This document shows positions 44,601 through 52,662 of a DNA stretch of 64,000 nucleotides, one piece after another. The notes under the pieces were generated by a model. That model was given only the letters and a program-made list of their open reading frames with translations. It did no database searches and was not told the origin of the DNA. Where the stretch lies: the NCBI RefSeq assembly GCF_003334305.1, contig NZ_QOWS01000003.1, one strand, 5' to 3'. Position 1 is the stretch's first letter. Each line of letters opens with the position of its first letter. Source of the DNA: Escherichia coli. GTDB taxonomy: Bacteria; Pseudomonadota; Gammaproteobacteria; Enterobacterales; Enterobacteriaceae. Both the position numbers and the translations under genes were made by a program.

Positions 44601-45962
44601 GGCTTGCTCCAGGGCTTGTCGGCACTGTAGGCGGTCAATGCTCAGTTTGCGGTAATGAGCGGCTATGGGTTCCAGATCTTCGTTTTTCAGCGCCAGCAAT
44701 TCTGTGGCATAGCCCATTTCAGCTAAGCGCACGGGTAATTGGCCGTAGAGCAAACTACGACATTCGGTCAATAGTGCCTGGTCGCGAGTTTGAATGCCTT
44801 CTATCGCGCCTTTATCCAGCACATGCCTGGCTACGCGGCCAGAGCCTGCCAGCACAGCTTCAAATAAATCGCCCACATCCTTGATACTGCGGCCTGCTTG
44901 TTGGTATTGGCTCAGCACTGCATCCACATTAGCCATGACCACGTTAAACCAACCGAAGTTGGCACCACTCATGGCGTATGCAGCTTCCACTAAACCAGCA
45001 GGGTAATTAAAACCCAGCTTGCCGTCTTTTAAGAGGCTTGCCACATAGTCTGATACATCGGCAAAGGCATTATGCTCAAGTTCCACTAACTCAAAGCGGC
45101 GTGCGACCGATTGAATTTCGCGCAATTGCTGGCCAAGCAGTGGTGAACACAGCGCTACATAGCGCAACCATGGAAGTTTACGGCGAGGGTCTTCCTCTTT
45201 AATTGCTTTACCAATCAGGCGAATGGCCTGGCCATCGAGGCGTTTATTTTGTTCATCTTCCAGGCCAAAGGTGGCGGCTTCTGCAACGGTTTCCAGCTCA
45301 TCCAGCACCACCAACATATACTGCACGCCAAAGCTCTTTAATACTTTATAGGCGGCTTGCACCAAACTGACTACCAGCGTTTGGTCAGTATAGAGGTCTT
45401 CTTCGCTGTGGTTGGCGTTCAGCTGTAAGGCATCTGCTAACAGTTCAGATTTAAAGCCAAATGGCATTAAGCGTTCATAGGCTTGTTTGGCAATTTCACT
45501 TTGAATCGATCCATCAAAGGTTTGGGTGGCCAGTGGTAATAGCGCCTGATATAAACCAAAAGCAAACCAGTTATCCGAGTTTTGATAATCTGATGCCACT
45601 TGCGAGTAGCGAATGTAGAGCGCCAGGTATTTGTCTTGCGTGTCGCGATTAAACAGCTGCTTATCGTGCAGTTGGCCTTGTTCGTCGCGGACAAACCAGC
45701 CCCTTGAACAGTCGTTAATTTGTGCAACCAATTCATGGCCTAAACGTGATTTACCCCGACCCCATTCGGCTTCGACGGCAAACACATGGGCAAAGCGATC
45801 ATCGTCGTGATCCACCGTATGCAAAAAGGTTTGAAAGCGTTTAAAAAAGCGGCTCTGGCCCACTAACGGGTCGCGAGGTGGATAATCTGATACGCCCGTC
45901 GCCGCCCAGCGATGTTGTTTTGCCAGGCTATCAACCATCTGTTCGTTTAATTCAAAACTCAT
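41676..45962 (-). CDS. Giant (1428 aa) P-loop NTPase with long helical C-terminal region
   Basis: Walker A-like EAEWGRGKSRLGHE sits near residue 65 and Walker B-like YMLVVLDELE near residue 215. The remainder is helix-rich with no motif I can name. Its ATG overlaps the upstream TGA (ATGA). Confidence 0.7.
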   Translation of the reverse strand: MSFELNEQMVDSLAKQHRWAATGVSDYPPRDPLVGQSRFFKRFQTFLHTVDHDDDRFAHVFAVEAEWGRGKSRLGHELVAQINDCSRGWFVRDEQGQLHDKQLFNRDTQDKYLALYIRYSQVASDYQNSDNWFAFGLYQALLPLATQTFDGSIQSEIAKQAYERLMPFGFKSELLADALQLNANHSEEDLYTDQTLVVSLVQAAYKVLKSFGVQYMLVVLDELETVAEAATFGLEDEQNKRLDGQAIRLIGKAIKEEDPRRKLPWLRYVALCSPLLGQQLREIQSVARRFELVELEHNAFADVSDYVASLLKDGKLGFNYPAGLVEAAYAMSGANFGWFNVVMANVDAVLSQYQQAGRSIKDVGDLFEAVLAGSGRVARHVLDKGAIEGIQTRDQALLTECRSLLYGQLPVRLAEMGYATELLALKNEDLEPIAAHYRKLSIDRLQCRQALEQAKFRRDKDEWYYPAVDQALNLDTLLDNLRTFSIKEQAASGDKGAVLLPLSKGEFKYLLSLLYDHPAIEFAADALWHKLVGETTELDASEATHIGPSVAMLLRLDLRYRSAQQNSLIFKDPAMGDAHEQAMSELSKQSSQKPLIKALARVTGFVRLLDNNWTYDENLLSNKAGSDDAPLAILTEPRGRQGGLLTLDGFKLHPEGKALFAWVSNLIELNNLHTFAANHSHQNGRTPVLALTASAHLMEQYSRLDERNELRDAILLHYVNPSEADQLERIGLSLAACQLHGVNLTADSFTAKFKNKLHALTTFATDAIHKWRQRLQQRGLIAWPLKVDGKLSPNDRDLLFKGWYQLAIAHPELNGILDLQQQHGVPVNELSSLLDKLKVPGSYIAKGYTADEHAGLFTELNNVQRSQAQIPLFLARIAHPNKKHKWQFEGFKQQFYFAYVAETSVTAKGVFNDWMWWCGELNLLTLTNPTEKQAIWEHYPRSRLENAIREAQNWFRGNDMGSYAANVEVMSRVYGYARINEMFAPLGKNKLGFVTVEAKEQLEKAQSLFNVLKQQEEQLADMVEANDTKVLAGLIHKRAEVLELVAKVKPLNSSRPMLKDAHILSLEDKTTSLYQRIEQACLFAEFVECSAERINNRLVDLIIDVETECAPLTNFPKRLYTNTLRTIGHILDGALKDDTSSATGRKEQQADSDTLLHYLRKLDLGRAHDKLSALAQEVGLNLHNDQQLPIAEIQGHILSSYRNCKERFSKLVNNLTEQKLRAQQLQEWLSSATAEYQFADDIAELPKLVMKLQLIEDAIADLPSDAESKRQSMQNSLRNGQFSSLRDLPEELLKPARGQLTPIQGQLLKIEERLNQVRRNSIAQVNSWLPLLKPLLASQKQAEPAALTLEDVSNLGVRELQQVCESTQAKWQSQGEQILNDTGLTLADWQPIYKALSQNQEPVLTPEQQKGLVDKGIVKMRLTFATGL

Positions 45963-47260
45963 AACGACGATCCTTGAAGGTTTATTCTATTGGCGGCGCG
46001 TTTTTTATTGGCATAGCAGTTTTGCGCCAGTTGCTTAATGGTCCGTTGTAACGTTTGGCTTTTGTAGCCAAATAGTGGTGCTAACGGCAGGCTATAACAG
46101 GCATCGCTGAAGCTTGTATGAATTCGATATTGGCCGGCCTCTCCACGACCCGCCTCGGTAAATTGCCAGATTTTTTTTGCCAACAATTCGGCAATGAATG
46201 AGCTCAGGACGCGGTTTAGGCGGTTGATGCTTTCCGTGTTCGCATCGAGTGCCGGGTAGAGGGGTATATTGAGCTCACCGAGCAGAAGCACAAGAAACTC
46301 GGCCAAACTACCCAGACTCACCTCATCACCTTCAATGCCCTGTACCGCCACATTTATTTGACCGGGGGCAAAGGCATTTTGCCCGGCAGGTAAGGTGAGC
46401 AACAAACCGCCACGTTGCTCGGCAGCCCAGGCATCTTGCACAAAGATAATTAGACTGAGTAAAAATAACCAGGGCTGTTGGGCGAATAGCTCGGTAAGCG
46501 GCATGTTGTCATGACCCGAGCGGGACACCAATAACCAATCGGCATTGGGTTTAAGGTTATGTTCATCAAGCAAGGTATTAGGGAGTGCTAACAACCGCCC
46601 ACTACACCAGTTATTTGTCAGTTGTTTTGCGGTGACATCCACCGCTTGTATAGGTGCCGGTGGTTCATTTTGTTCGCTCACGGTAAACAAGGTATAGCTG
46701 GTGCGCAAAATACGACATAGCGCGGGAATGGCAGCATTGTCGTTTAGGCTATGACCGAGCAAATCGCGTTCGGTTTGTGCCAGAGGGCCGGCAATGATTT
46801 GCGGCGTGGTGGCAGTGCTTTCCAGCTGGGCTAAGACCCATTCACTGGCATTGCCCAGTTGCTGAATGAGTTTAACCAATACCATTGTGTCACTCATCGT
46901 GCCTGCTTCCTGGCAGCGAGCGGCGGCTAAATTGATCCAATGTTGGCGAACATCTGGGTTTAAGCCCAACAACGCTAATTGCCATTCACCTGACTGGCTT
47001 AAATCGTTAAAGGCATCAAGCAATGGTGCAGTGAGGCTAAAGGCGCTAACGATATCCGTTTCAGCGTCGTTCTTTTTCGGCTGTATTATTGGTTGTAGCA
47101 GTGACCTAAGGGCAGGCACAGCCGCCAATAACAATGCTGCTTTGTTGGCGTTCAAACCACCTTGTTGCCAAAGCTGCAGGCAGAGGTTAAGTGCCGCTTC
47201 GCTATTTACGGGGTCGTTATATTGCCTGGTTGTACTGCTGTCCGTGCCCCTTGTCTCCAT
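45959..47260 (-). CDS. Hypothetical protein (433 aa)
   Basis: The ORF starts 2 nt after the S-subunit TAA and ends in an ATGA overlap with the giant NTPase gene. No recognisable motif. Confidence 0.6.
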   Translation of the reverse strand: METRGTDSSTTRQYNDPVNSEAALNLCLQLWQQGGLNANKAALLLAAVPALRSLLQPIIQPKKNDAETDIVSAFSLTAPLLDAFNDLSQSGEWQLALLGLNPDVRQHWINLAAARCQEAGTMSDTMVLVKLIQQLGNASEWVLAQLESTATTPQIIAGPLAQTERDLLGHSLNDNAAIPALCRILRTSYTLFTVSEQNEPPAPIQAVDVTAKQLTNNWCSGRLLALPNTLLDEHNLKPNADWLLVSRSGHDNMPLTELFAQQPWLFLLSLIIFVQDAWAAEQRGGLLLTLPAGQNAFAPGQINVAVQGIEGDEVSLGSLAEFLVLLLGELNIPLYPALDANTESINRLNRVLSSFIAELLAKKIWQFTEAGRGEAGQYRIHTSFSDACYSLPLAPLFGYKSQTLQRTIKQLAQNCYANKKRAANRINLQGSSL

Positions 47261-47262
47261 CT

Positions 47263-48738
47263 TTACTCTTCAGCCTCCGCTTGCGCCGCCTCTTCCAGCA
47301 AACTGTATAACTCATCCACATCGCTAAATAGCGGTGTGGCACCTTCAATGGCATAACCCTCAGCGCTCAGTTTGCTTAAAATCGCTTGATCAAAGCTGCT
47401 GTCGCCATCTTCCAGGGCTTGTTGGGCCTGGATTAGTTGTTGCTCAGTCAGTTGGCCTTCGATTAATGACTCAACTAGAGTTTTGGCAGATGCTGTTAAC
47501 TTTTTTGCATATGCTGCCGTAGTAACGGCTAGTCTCAGCTTACTTCCTATTTCTCTATTCTTCGCTATGTCAATCGGAATCAGAATATTTAACAGGTTTT
47601 CTGAAGTCACTTTTGGTACAACGCTGCCAGTAGTCACACCTTTCCAACACGGAAAGTGTTTATCCAGGAACCTACAAATAGACTCAATATCATATTCATC
47701 TTTTACCTTTAAAACCCAAACATGGTTGTTTGCCCAAAACTTTCCATCAGCTACATTTGCACAGCCAATAGAGCCATCTTGCGCAATAATCAGATATTTA
47801 CCGTTGAAATTGAATTCGGTATGAGTATCTATTGGACCTGATGCGCCATAGTAAAAATATGGTCCGGGTACTCTGTCTTCCGATTTAATAGGGTCGCCAC
47901 ATTTGCATTTACTAATGAAATTAGATAGTTTTGATGAATTCCTAAAGGTCATTTGACTATCGGCCGCACGTGCAAACTCAGGAGCTAAAGACACTGCTGA
48001 TAATACCTGTTGTTTCATTCTTCTAGGTTTCAATGTTAATGAATCAACAAGGTTGAAGTGAAATAAATCTTTAATTTTTCTATCAGCCATTCCTTCAAGT
48101 CGTTTCGCCCAAGCGCGTAACTGCTCGGCTTGGCGAACTTTATCCCCGATGTATTTTTGGGCTAGAGGTAAAACTTTAGGAACCGCTAGCGAGCGGACAC
48201 TTGGGAAGTCAATTGCAGGGCGAGTTGCGCCATATGCTTCCTTCCAGATCGCTACTTGTCCGGTTTTGCTATTCAAATATGCCACCAAGAAATAGGCGTC
48301 AACTTTTTTGGGATCGGGCTTGAATCTGACTGAGTGCTGACTAATGTTGGCCGGTAGATGTTTAGCTGACACAACAGCCGATTTACCAAATTTTGCACCA
48401 GTAATCGTAAGTAAAACGTCGCCATCCACTAATCGGCTGCGCTTTAATTTTTCATCATCTTCATCGTTAATAAAAACAGCTTCTTCAGCTTGCAAGAACA
48501 TTTCTTCAACTTCAGAAGTGCGATAAAACTTAACACGGCCTTTTTCTAAATAATTTGCTCCTAAAGGTGTTGCGCCACTAGCCACCCCGCGCTTTGAATC
48601 AATTACCGCTTCTAGGGGCAAAGCACCTAGGTTGTCTTTTATCTTATTAATTTGTCTTTCAAATCGCGGTTGATAGTGCCAAGGATCAATCCGCCTTTCA
48701 GACAATTGTTCGGGTGTTCTTTTAAAAATAGTTGCCAT
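47263..48738 (-). CDS. Type I-like restriction-modification specificity (HsdS-like) subunit with two target-recognition domains
   Basis: About 491 aa. TRD1 carries RIDPWHY..., GDVLLTITGAKFGKSAVV and NISQHSVRF. A conserved helical spacer (QKYIGDKVRQAEQLRAWAKRLE) follows, then a second TRD (YYGASGPI...IIAQDGSIG...NNHVWVLK) and a C-terminal helix plus acidic tail. The ATG overlaps the methyltransferase TGA (TGATG). Confidence 0.8.
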   Translation of the reverse strand: MATIFKRTPEQLSERRIDPWHYQPRFERQINKIKDNLGALPLEAVIDSKRGVASGATPLGANYLEKGRVKFYRTSEVEEMFLQAEEAVFINDEDDEKLKRSRLVDGDVLLTITGAKFGKSAVVSAKHLPANISQHSVRFKPDPKKVDAYFLVAYLNSKTGQVAIWKEAYGATRPAIDFPSVRSLAVPKVLPLAQKYIGDKVRQAEQLRAWAKRLEGMADRKIKDLFHFNLVDSLTLKPRRMKQQVLSAVSLAPEFARAADSQMTFRNSSKLSNFISKCKCGDPIKSEDRVPGPYFYYGASGPIDTHTEFNFNGKYLIIAQDGSIGCANVADGKFWANNHVWVLKVKDEYDIESICRFLDKHFPCWKGVTTGSVVPKVTSENLLNILIPIDIAKNREIGSKLRLAVTTAAYAKKLTASAKTLVESLIEGQLTEQQLIQAQQALEDGDSSFDQAILSKLSAEGYAIEGATPLFSDVDELYSLLEEAAQAEAEE

Positions 48739-50885
48739 CACTCACCCCGCTTATAAGCCGATACAATCTTATCCAGATCGTTTGCGACACCGGCGTTATA
48801 GTCTTCGATATTGTTTTTCACCACATAACCCAATGTTTCAGCCACTGCCATAAACACGTCGGTTTGTGGCTCGGGCAAAAATTGCTCTGGCTGGTTGGGG
48901 TTAGCATGGCGTTTTTGTAAATACAAAATCGAGGTTTTGGCCCCCGTACCGGAGAGTTTAAAGCAGTCGCTCGGCAATGAAATTACTGCTTTTACAATAG
49001 CTTTACCGCCAACAAACTCGCCGGTTTTTTCGTCTTTTTTCCCCATAATGTACTCACGGACATAACGGTCGCCGGAGTTACATAAAATACCATCAGGCAG
49101 CACTATTAACAGGCGGCCACCGGGTTTAAGCAGTTGCAGGCAGCGGTCGATAAAAAGTACTGCTGGGTCAATAGTGGCACCTACCGGTTGCCAGTTGCCC
49201 TTGCTATCGGGCTTGCTGCCCAGCGCGAGCCCTGCGGTTGTAGGCTGCAGGCTGTAAAACGGCTTTTTATCAGTCCCGCCCGTTCTGCGCAAATCGGTAC
49301 GGTAGCCCGCCCATTTAGGCTCGCCGTTTTCATCCAGCTCTAAATCACCGATATCCTGCCACTTCATTTTCACGTGGTCATACCAGGCGTTGTAGCTATC
49401 AACGACTTTTTTGGTCGGACGAAAACCACCGAGCACTTGCTCCATATTGGCTTCGTAATTGGCTTTTGAGTTTTGACCATTTTTGCCTTTATCAAATTTA
49501 GGCGTACCGAACGGCGGGTTGGTGCAAATCAGGTCAAAGCTATTCGGCTTCAGAGCGTTAGTAGTGAGTGAGTTGTCGGTATAAAAAATCTGCGCTTTGG
49601 GGGCACCTTGCAATGCCATATTCACGCGGGCCAGCATTACCATGCGTGGTGCAGCATCGGCACCGGTAAATGCACAGTCGCGTAATTTTTGTTTCAATGA
49701 TTCTTTTTTATCGTCGGCCAGCACCAGCTTAAAATCGATCCATTTATCAATCTGGCTTAACGCCACCGAGCCAAAACCAAAGGAGCCACAGGTGGGGTCG
49801 CAGAAACGAAAATCGCCATTGGCTAAGCGCGATCGCATTTCATCGTCATCGTCGATGTCGTGCATAGCAATTTCTAGCATGGCCTGTTTTACTGGGTTTG
49901 GTGTTAAATAAACGCCAAGGCCACCTTTGGATTCAAAGTTAGCGCGTAGGAATACATCAAACACTCTGCCTAGTAAATCTCCTGACACATCAGCCAACGT
50001 GCCGTGTTCTTTCGCGATTTTACCGTCGTTGGTTTTTACCGGACCCAGGTTTTGTATTGCTTCCAGCAAATCCTGATAGTTTTTCGCAACAGACAGTCGC
50101 AGGTGTGTTTCTTTACTAAAGATGGGGTTACGTGAGCCATCATCTGAGATCACAACGTAGTTTTCGTGGCTTTTAAATTCCTCAAAGGCGGCTTTGATTT
50201 GGGCAACGGCTTTATCGCCGTGGCTCTCCACATATTGCCAATCAAAGACATCACGAAAACGCAGGGTATTTCCCTCATCATCTTTAAAGGTAAGGTCTTC
50301 ATCGTGATGCAGGCGGAAAGTTTCTAAAAACAGAAGCTTAGCTACTTCTTCAATAATGTCGTTCTTGTCGTTTACCTTGTCTTTGGTAACGCGATAAACA
50401 TTTTCATGGAAGGCATCAAATCGCTGCATTAAGCGTGTATAAACACGCATCGACCAGCGAAAGGTTGGATCACGCTCCATGCGATCAAAGCTACGTAATT
50501 CTTCCAGACCAGGCAGGGTATCTGCACCGTGGGTACCGTCAGATCCATCGGCACCGAACAAGGCCAAAATACGTTGGTTCAAGCCATCGTCCACAACGGC
50601 ATATACTGGCCAGTCACCTTCGATATCACTTAACAGCTGATAGGCTAAATCATCAAACTTTGCAGTGTCAGCGGCGTATTCCCAATGGCCTTCTGTCAGC
50701 GCAATCAACATGACTGGTGGCGTTAAGTTGCCTTCAACCAGGCCTTGAATGAGACCAGCCTTGGCGAATTCATGCTCGGGTAATTCGACCAATGGCTGAG
50801 TAAACTCGGAGTGCTGTTTGACCAGTTTATTGAACAGTGCTTCTAGCTGCTGTTGCGGGTCTTGTTTTTTTGCTTCTTTTGCCAT
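48738..50885 (-). CDS. N6-adenine DNA methyltransferase (gamma class, HsdM-like) with N-terminal extension of about 330 aa
   Basis: 715 aa with motif I FCDPTCGSFGFG, motif IV LICTNPPFG, and an HsdM-like segment DLLGRVFDVFLR...GVYLTPNPV upstream. Confidence 0.85.
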   Translation of the reverse strand: MAKEAKKQDPQQQLEALFNKLVKQHSEFTQPLVELPEHEFAKAGLIQGLVEGNLTPPVMLIALTEGHWEYAADTAKFDDLAYQLLSDIEGDWPVYAVVDDGLNQRILALFGADGSDGTHGADTLPGLEELRSFDRMERDPTFRWSMRVYTRLMQRFDAFHENVYRVTKDKVNDKNDIIEEVAKLLFLETFRLHHDEDLTFKDDEGNTLRFRDVFDWQYVESHGDKAVAQIKAAFEEFKSHENYVVISDDGSRNPIFSKETHLRLSVAKNYQDLLEAIQNLGPVKTNDGKIAKEHGTLADVSGDLLGRVFDVFLRANFESKGGLGVYLTPNPVKQAMLEIAMHDIDDDDEMRSRLANGDFRFCDPTCGSFGFGSVALSQIDKWIDFKLVLADDKKESLKQKLRDCAFTGADAAPRMVMLARVNMALQGAPKAQIFYTDNSLTTNALKPNSFDLICTNPPFGTPKFDKGKNGQNSKANYEANMEQVLGGFRPTKKVVDSYNAWYDHVKMKWQDIGDLELDENGEPKWAGYRTDLRRTGGTDKKPFYSLQPTTAGLALGSKPDSKGNWQPVGATIDPAVLFIDRCLQLLKPGGRLLIVLPDGILCNSGDRYVREYIMGKKDEKTGEFVGGKAIVKAVISLPSDCFKLSGTGAKTSILYLQKRHANPNQPEQFLPEPQTDVFMAVAETLGYVVKNNIEDYNAGVANDLDKIVSAYKRGE

Positions 50886-50935
50886 GATGTTTTCTAAAAT
50901 CCTTTAATACAGCCAATGGTTACTACAAATGCCGG

Positions 50936-51322
50936 CTAATTTATCAGTACCAGCAAGGGGCCTTTAATCTCTATCTGCGCGTGCTTCTGTGCCAGTTTGC
51001 GTATCTGCTGTTCACTGGTCGTAATACCAGCAGGGAGCTTTTTCAGTACTTGTGCAAGGGGCATGCGCCCACCAGCTTGATGCAACAATGATACCAAATG
51101 TGCCGCGATATCAGGTATAACCTGGTACGTTGCCGTTGTGGGCCCTTTTAGATGATTACTTTGAGGCAATGAGGCAAGCCATAGCGAAACTTGAGACTGG
51201 CTAAAGCCAAGTGTTTGCCAGAGGGTTTGGTTCTCATTAAATACAACGGCGGCGCTTCTGGGAGTTGCTGTTTGCTGAGTTATTAGTTGTTCCAGGCTTT
51301 GTCGCTGGTATTCATGGGTCAT
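50936..51322 (-). CDS. Hypothetical 128-aa protein translationally coupled to McrC
   Basis: Its ATG overlaps the McrC TGA (ATGA). No motif was recognised. It ends 50 nt upstream of the methyltransferase ATG. Confidence 0.55.
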   Translation of the reverse strand: MTHEYQRQSLEQLITQQTATPRSAAVVFNENQTLWQTLGFSQSQVSLWLASLPQSNHLKGPTTATYQVIPDIAAHLVSLLHQAGGRMPLAQVLKKLPAGITTSEQQIRKLAQKHAQIEIKGPLLVLIN

Positions 51323-52662
51323 CTCATGCCTCCACTATAGGATACTGAAGCAGCCATCCGATCCAGTTTGGGGCTCATTGTACAGGACACGTCATTCGGC
51401 CACATCATCCTCTCACCGCGTTTTGCCATTATCCGGTATGGCACAACCCATAATTTTAAAGTCTCCGAGAAAGCAAAATGCTGCGCTATAGGTTGGCTAA
51501 AGTCATCATGCGCAGGGTAAATCAGATACATTTCGCCATTCCCACCAAGATATTTTTGTCCGTAGGCAAACATTTGATAGAAGTCAGCTTGTGCCAGTCC
51601 ATAGAGTGATTTTGTCTGCTGGCTGCTATTCACCAGCTTCCATTTTGTATCCATCACCATTTCGGTTTGAACTGGTTTGTGTGATTGAATCAGCAAGTCG
51701 GGGCGAAGCTTAAAGCAATCTTTAAGTCCATGCTTTACCAAAGAATAAGTTGCTGCTTGAGGTAAAACTTTGAGGTGAGGTGGTAACTCGTCGGGTAGGG
51801 TCTGTGCCACAAAGGATTCAAATACCGCTTCCATAGGGAACAAAAGTGATATCGCTTTGGTGTTTCCCTGCAAAGCACTCGGGCTCATTCCCCTCAGGAT
51901 CAATTGCGCCCATGCCATTGGCTCGTTGTAATGAGCCATACCACGCTCGAGGCGTAAGTTGTTTATATCACGTTCAATATCCCGGCTAAGTGGAATACCG
52001 TCAAACGCAAAACGCAGTTCGTAAAGCCAGCGTTGATTATCTGATGACAGCTGCAGACTAAGAAGCTTATCTAGTGCGGAGTGTAAGAGCCGATTGGCTG
52101 CACAATCAGGCATGTAGTCATCATAATCGACACAAAACTTATGGCGATTCACCGCGTTATGTCGCAGCTGTGCAGAAAGCATCAGCTTGCCCTTCATAAA
52201 AGCCAGATTACCTTGCTTGCTCACATAGTCGGAGCGTAAACCCTGTTTAAGCAATTGGCTGACGCTATGCAAAAACTGGTTAATAAAAATCTCAAGCAAA
52301 GGCATACGCTGAGCCTGAAGAGTGGCTTGCTGGGTTTGAATATGTCGGAACCCAGGCAGATGGCTTAGCATCGTCAGCAATGTTTGACGTGCATTAGCCG
52401 CTGTGAGGTTTTTACCAACCTTGGGCAGTATCTCAAGCTGGAAACCGTGAGGTGTTGAAAGCATCCCTGCGTAGTTTTGAACCTGAAGCAATTTGAAGCC
52501 TGAGCGAGAGGTGAGTTTGAGGAACTGGCTCCCTTGATTACTTGCCAGGCTAAGCGCTTCTAAATAATTAAAGACCTGTGGAGGCACCGGTTTTGCGCCA
52601 ACTGAAGCCGCTTTTCCACTCCCCAAGAGGTCATATTCAAAAACGGAGATAACTTCACCCAT
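51319..52662 (-). CDS. McrC-like endonuclease subunit
   Basis: 447 aa immediately downstream of, and overlapping, the McrB-like gene. The PD-(D/E)xK-type motif RPDLLI...EMVMDTKWK resembles the McrC catalytic core. Confidence 0.75.
   Translation of the reverse strand: MGEVISVFEYDLLGSGKAASVGAKPVPPQVFNYLEALSLASNQGSQFLKLTSRSGFKLLQVQNYAGMLSTPHGFQLEILPKVGKNLTAANARQTLLTMLSHLPGFRHIQTQQATLQAQRMPLLEIFINQFLHSVSQLLKQGLRSDYVSKQGNLAFMKGKLMLSAQLRHNAVNRHKFCVDYDDYMPDCAANRLLHSALDKLLSLQLSSDNQRWLYELRFAFDGIPLSRDIERDINNLRLERGMAHYNEPMAWAQLILRGMSPSALQGNTKAISLLFPMEAVFESFVAQTLPDELPPHLKVLPQAATYSLVKHGLKDCFKLRPDLLIQSHKPVQTEMVMDTKWKLVNSSQQTKSLYGLAQADFYQMFAYGQKYLGGNGEMYLIYPAHDDFSQPIAQHFAFSETLKLWVVPYRIMAKRGERMMWPNDVSCTMSPKLDRMAASVSYSGGMR

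Noticed and set aside
42757-47327. Several 60-153-aa + strand ORFs inside the island (for example 46866-47327 and 44507-44884)
   Set aside because: All are antisense to long, tightly coupled minus-strand genes. Their products are low-complexity with no start context, so I treated them as shadow ORFs.
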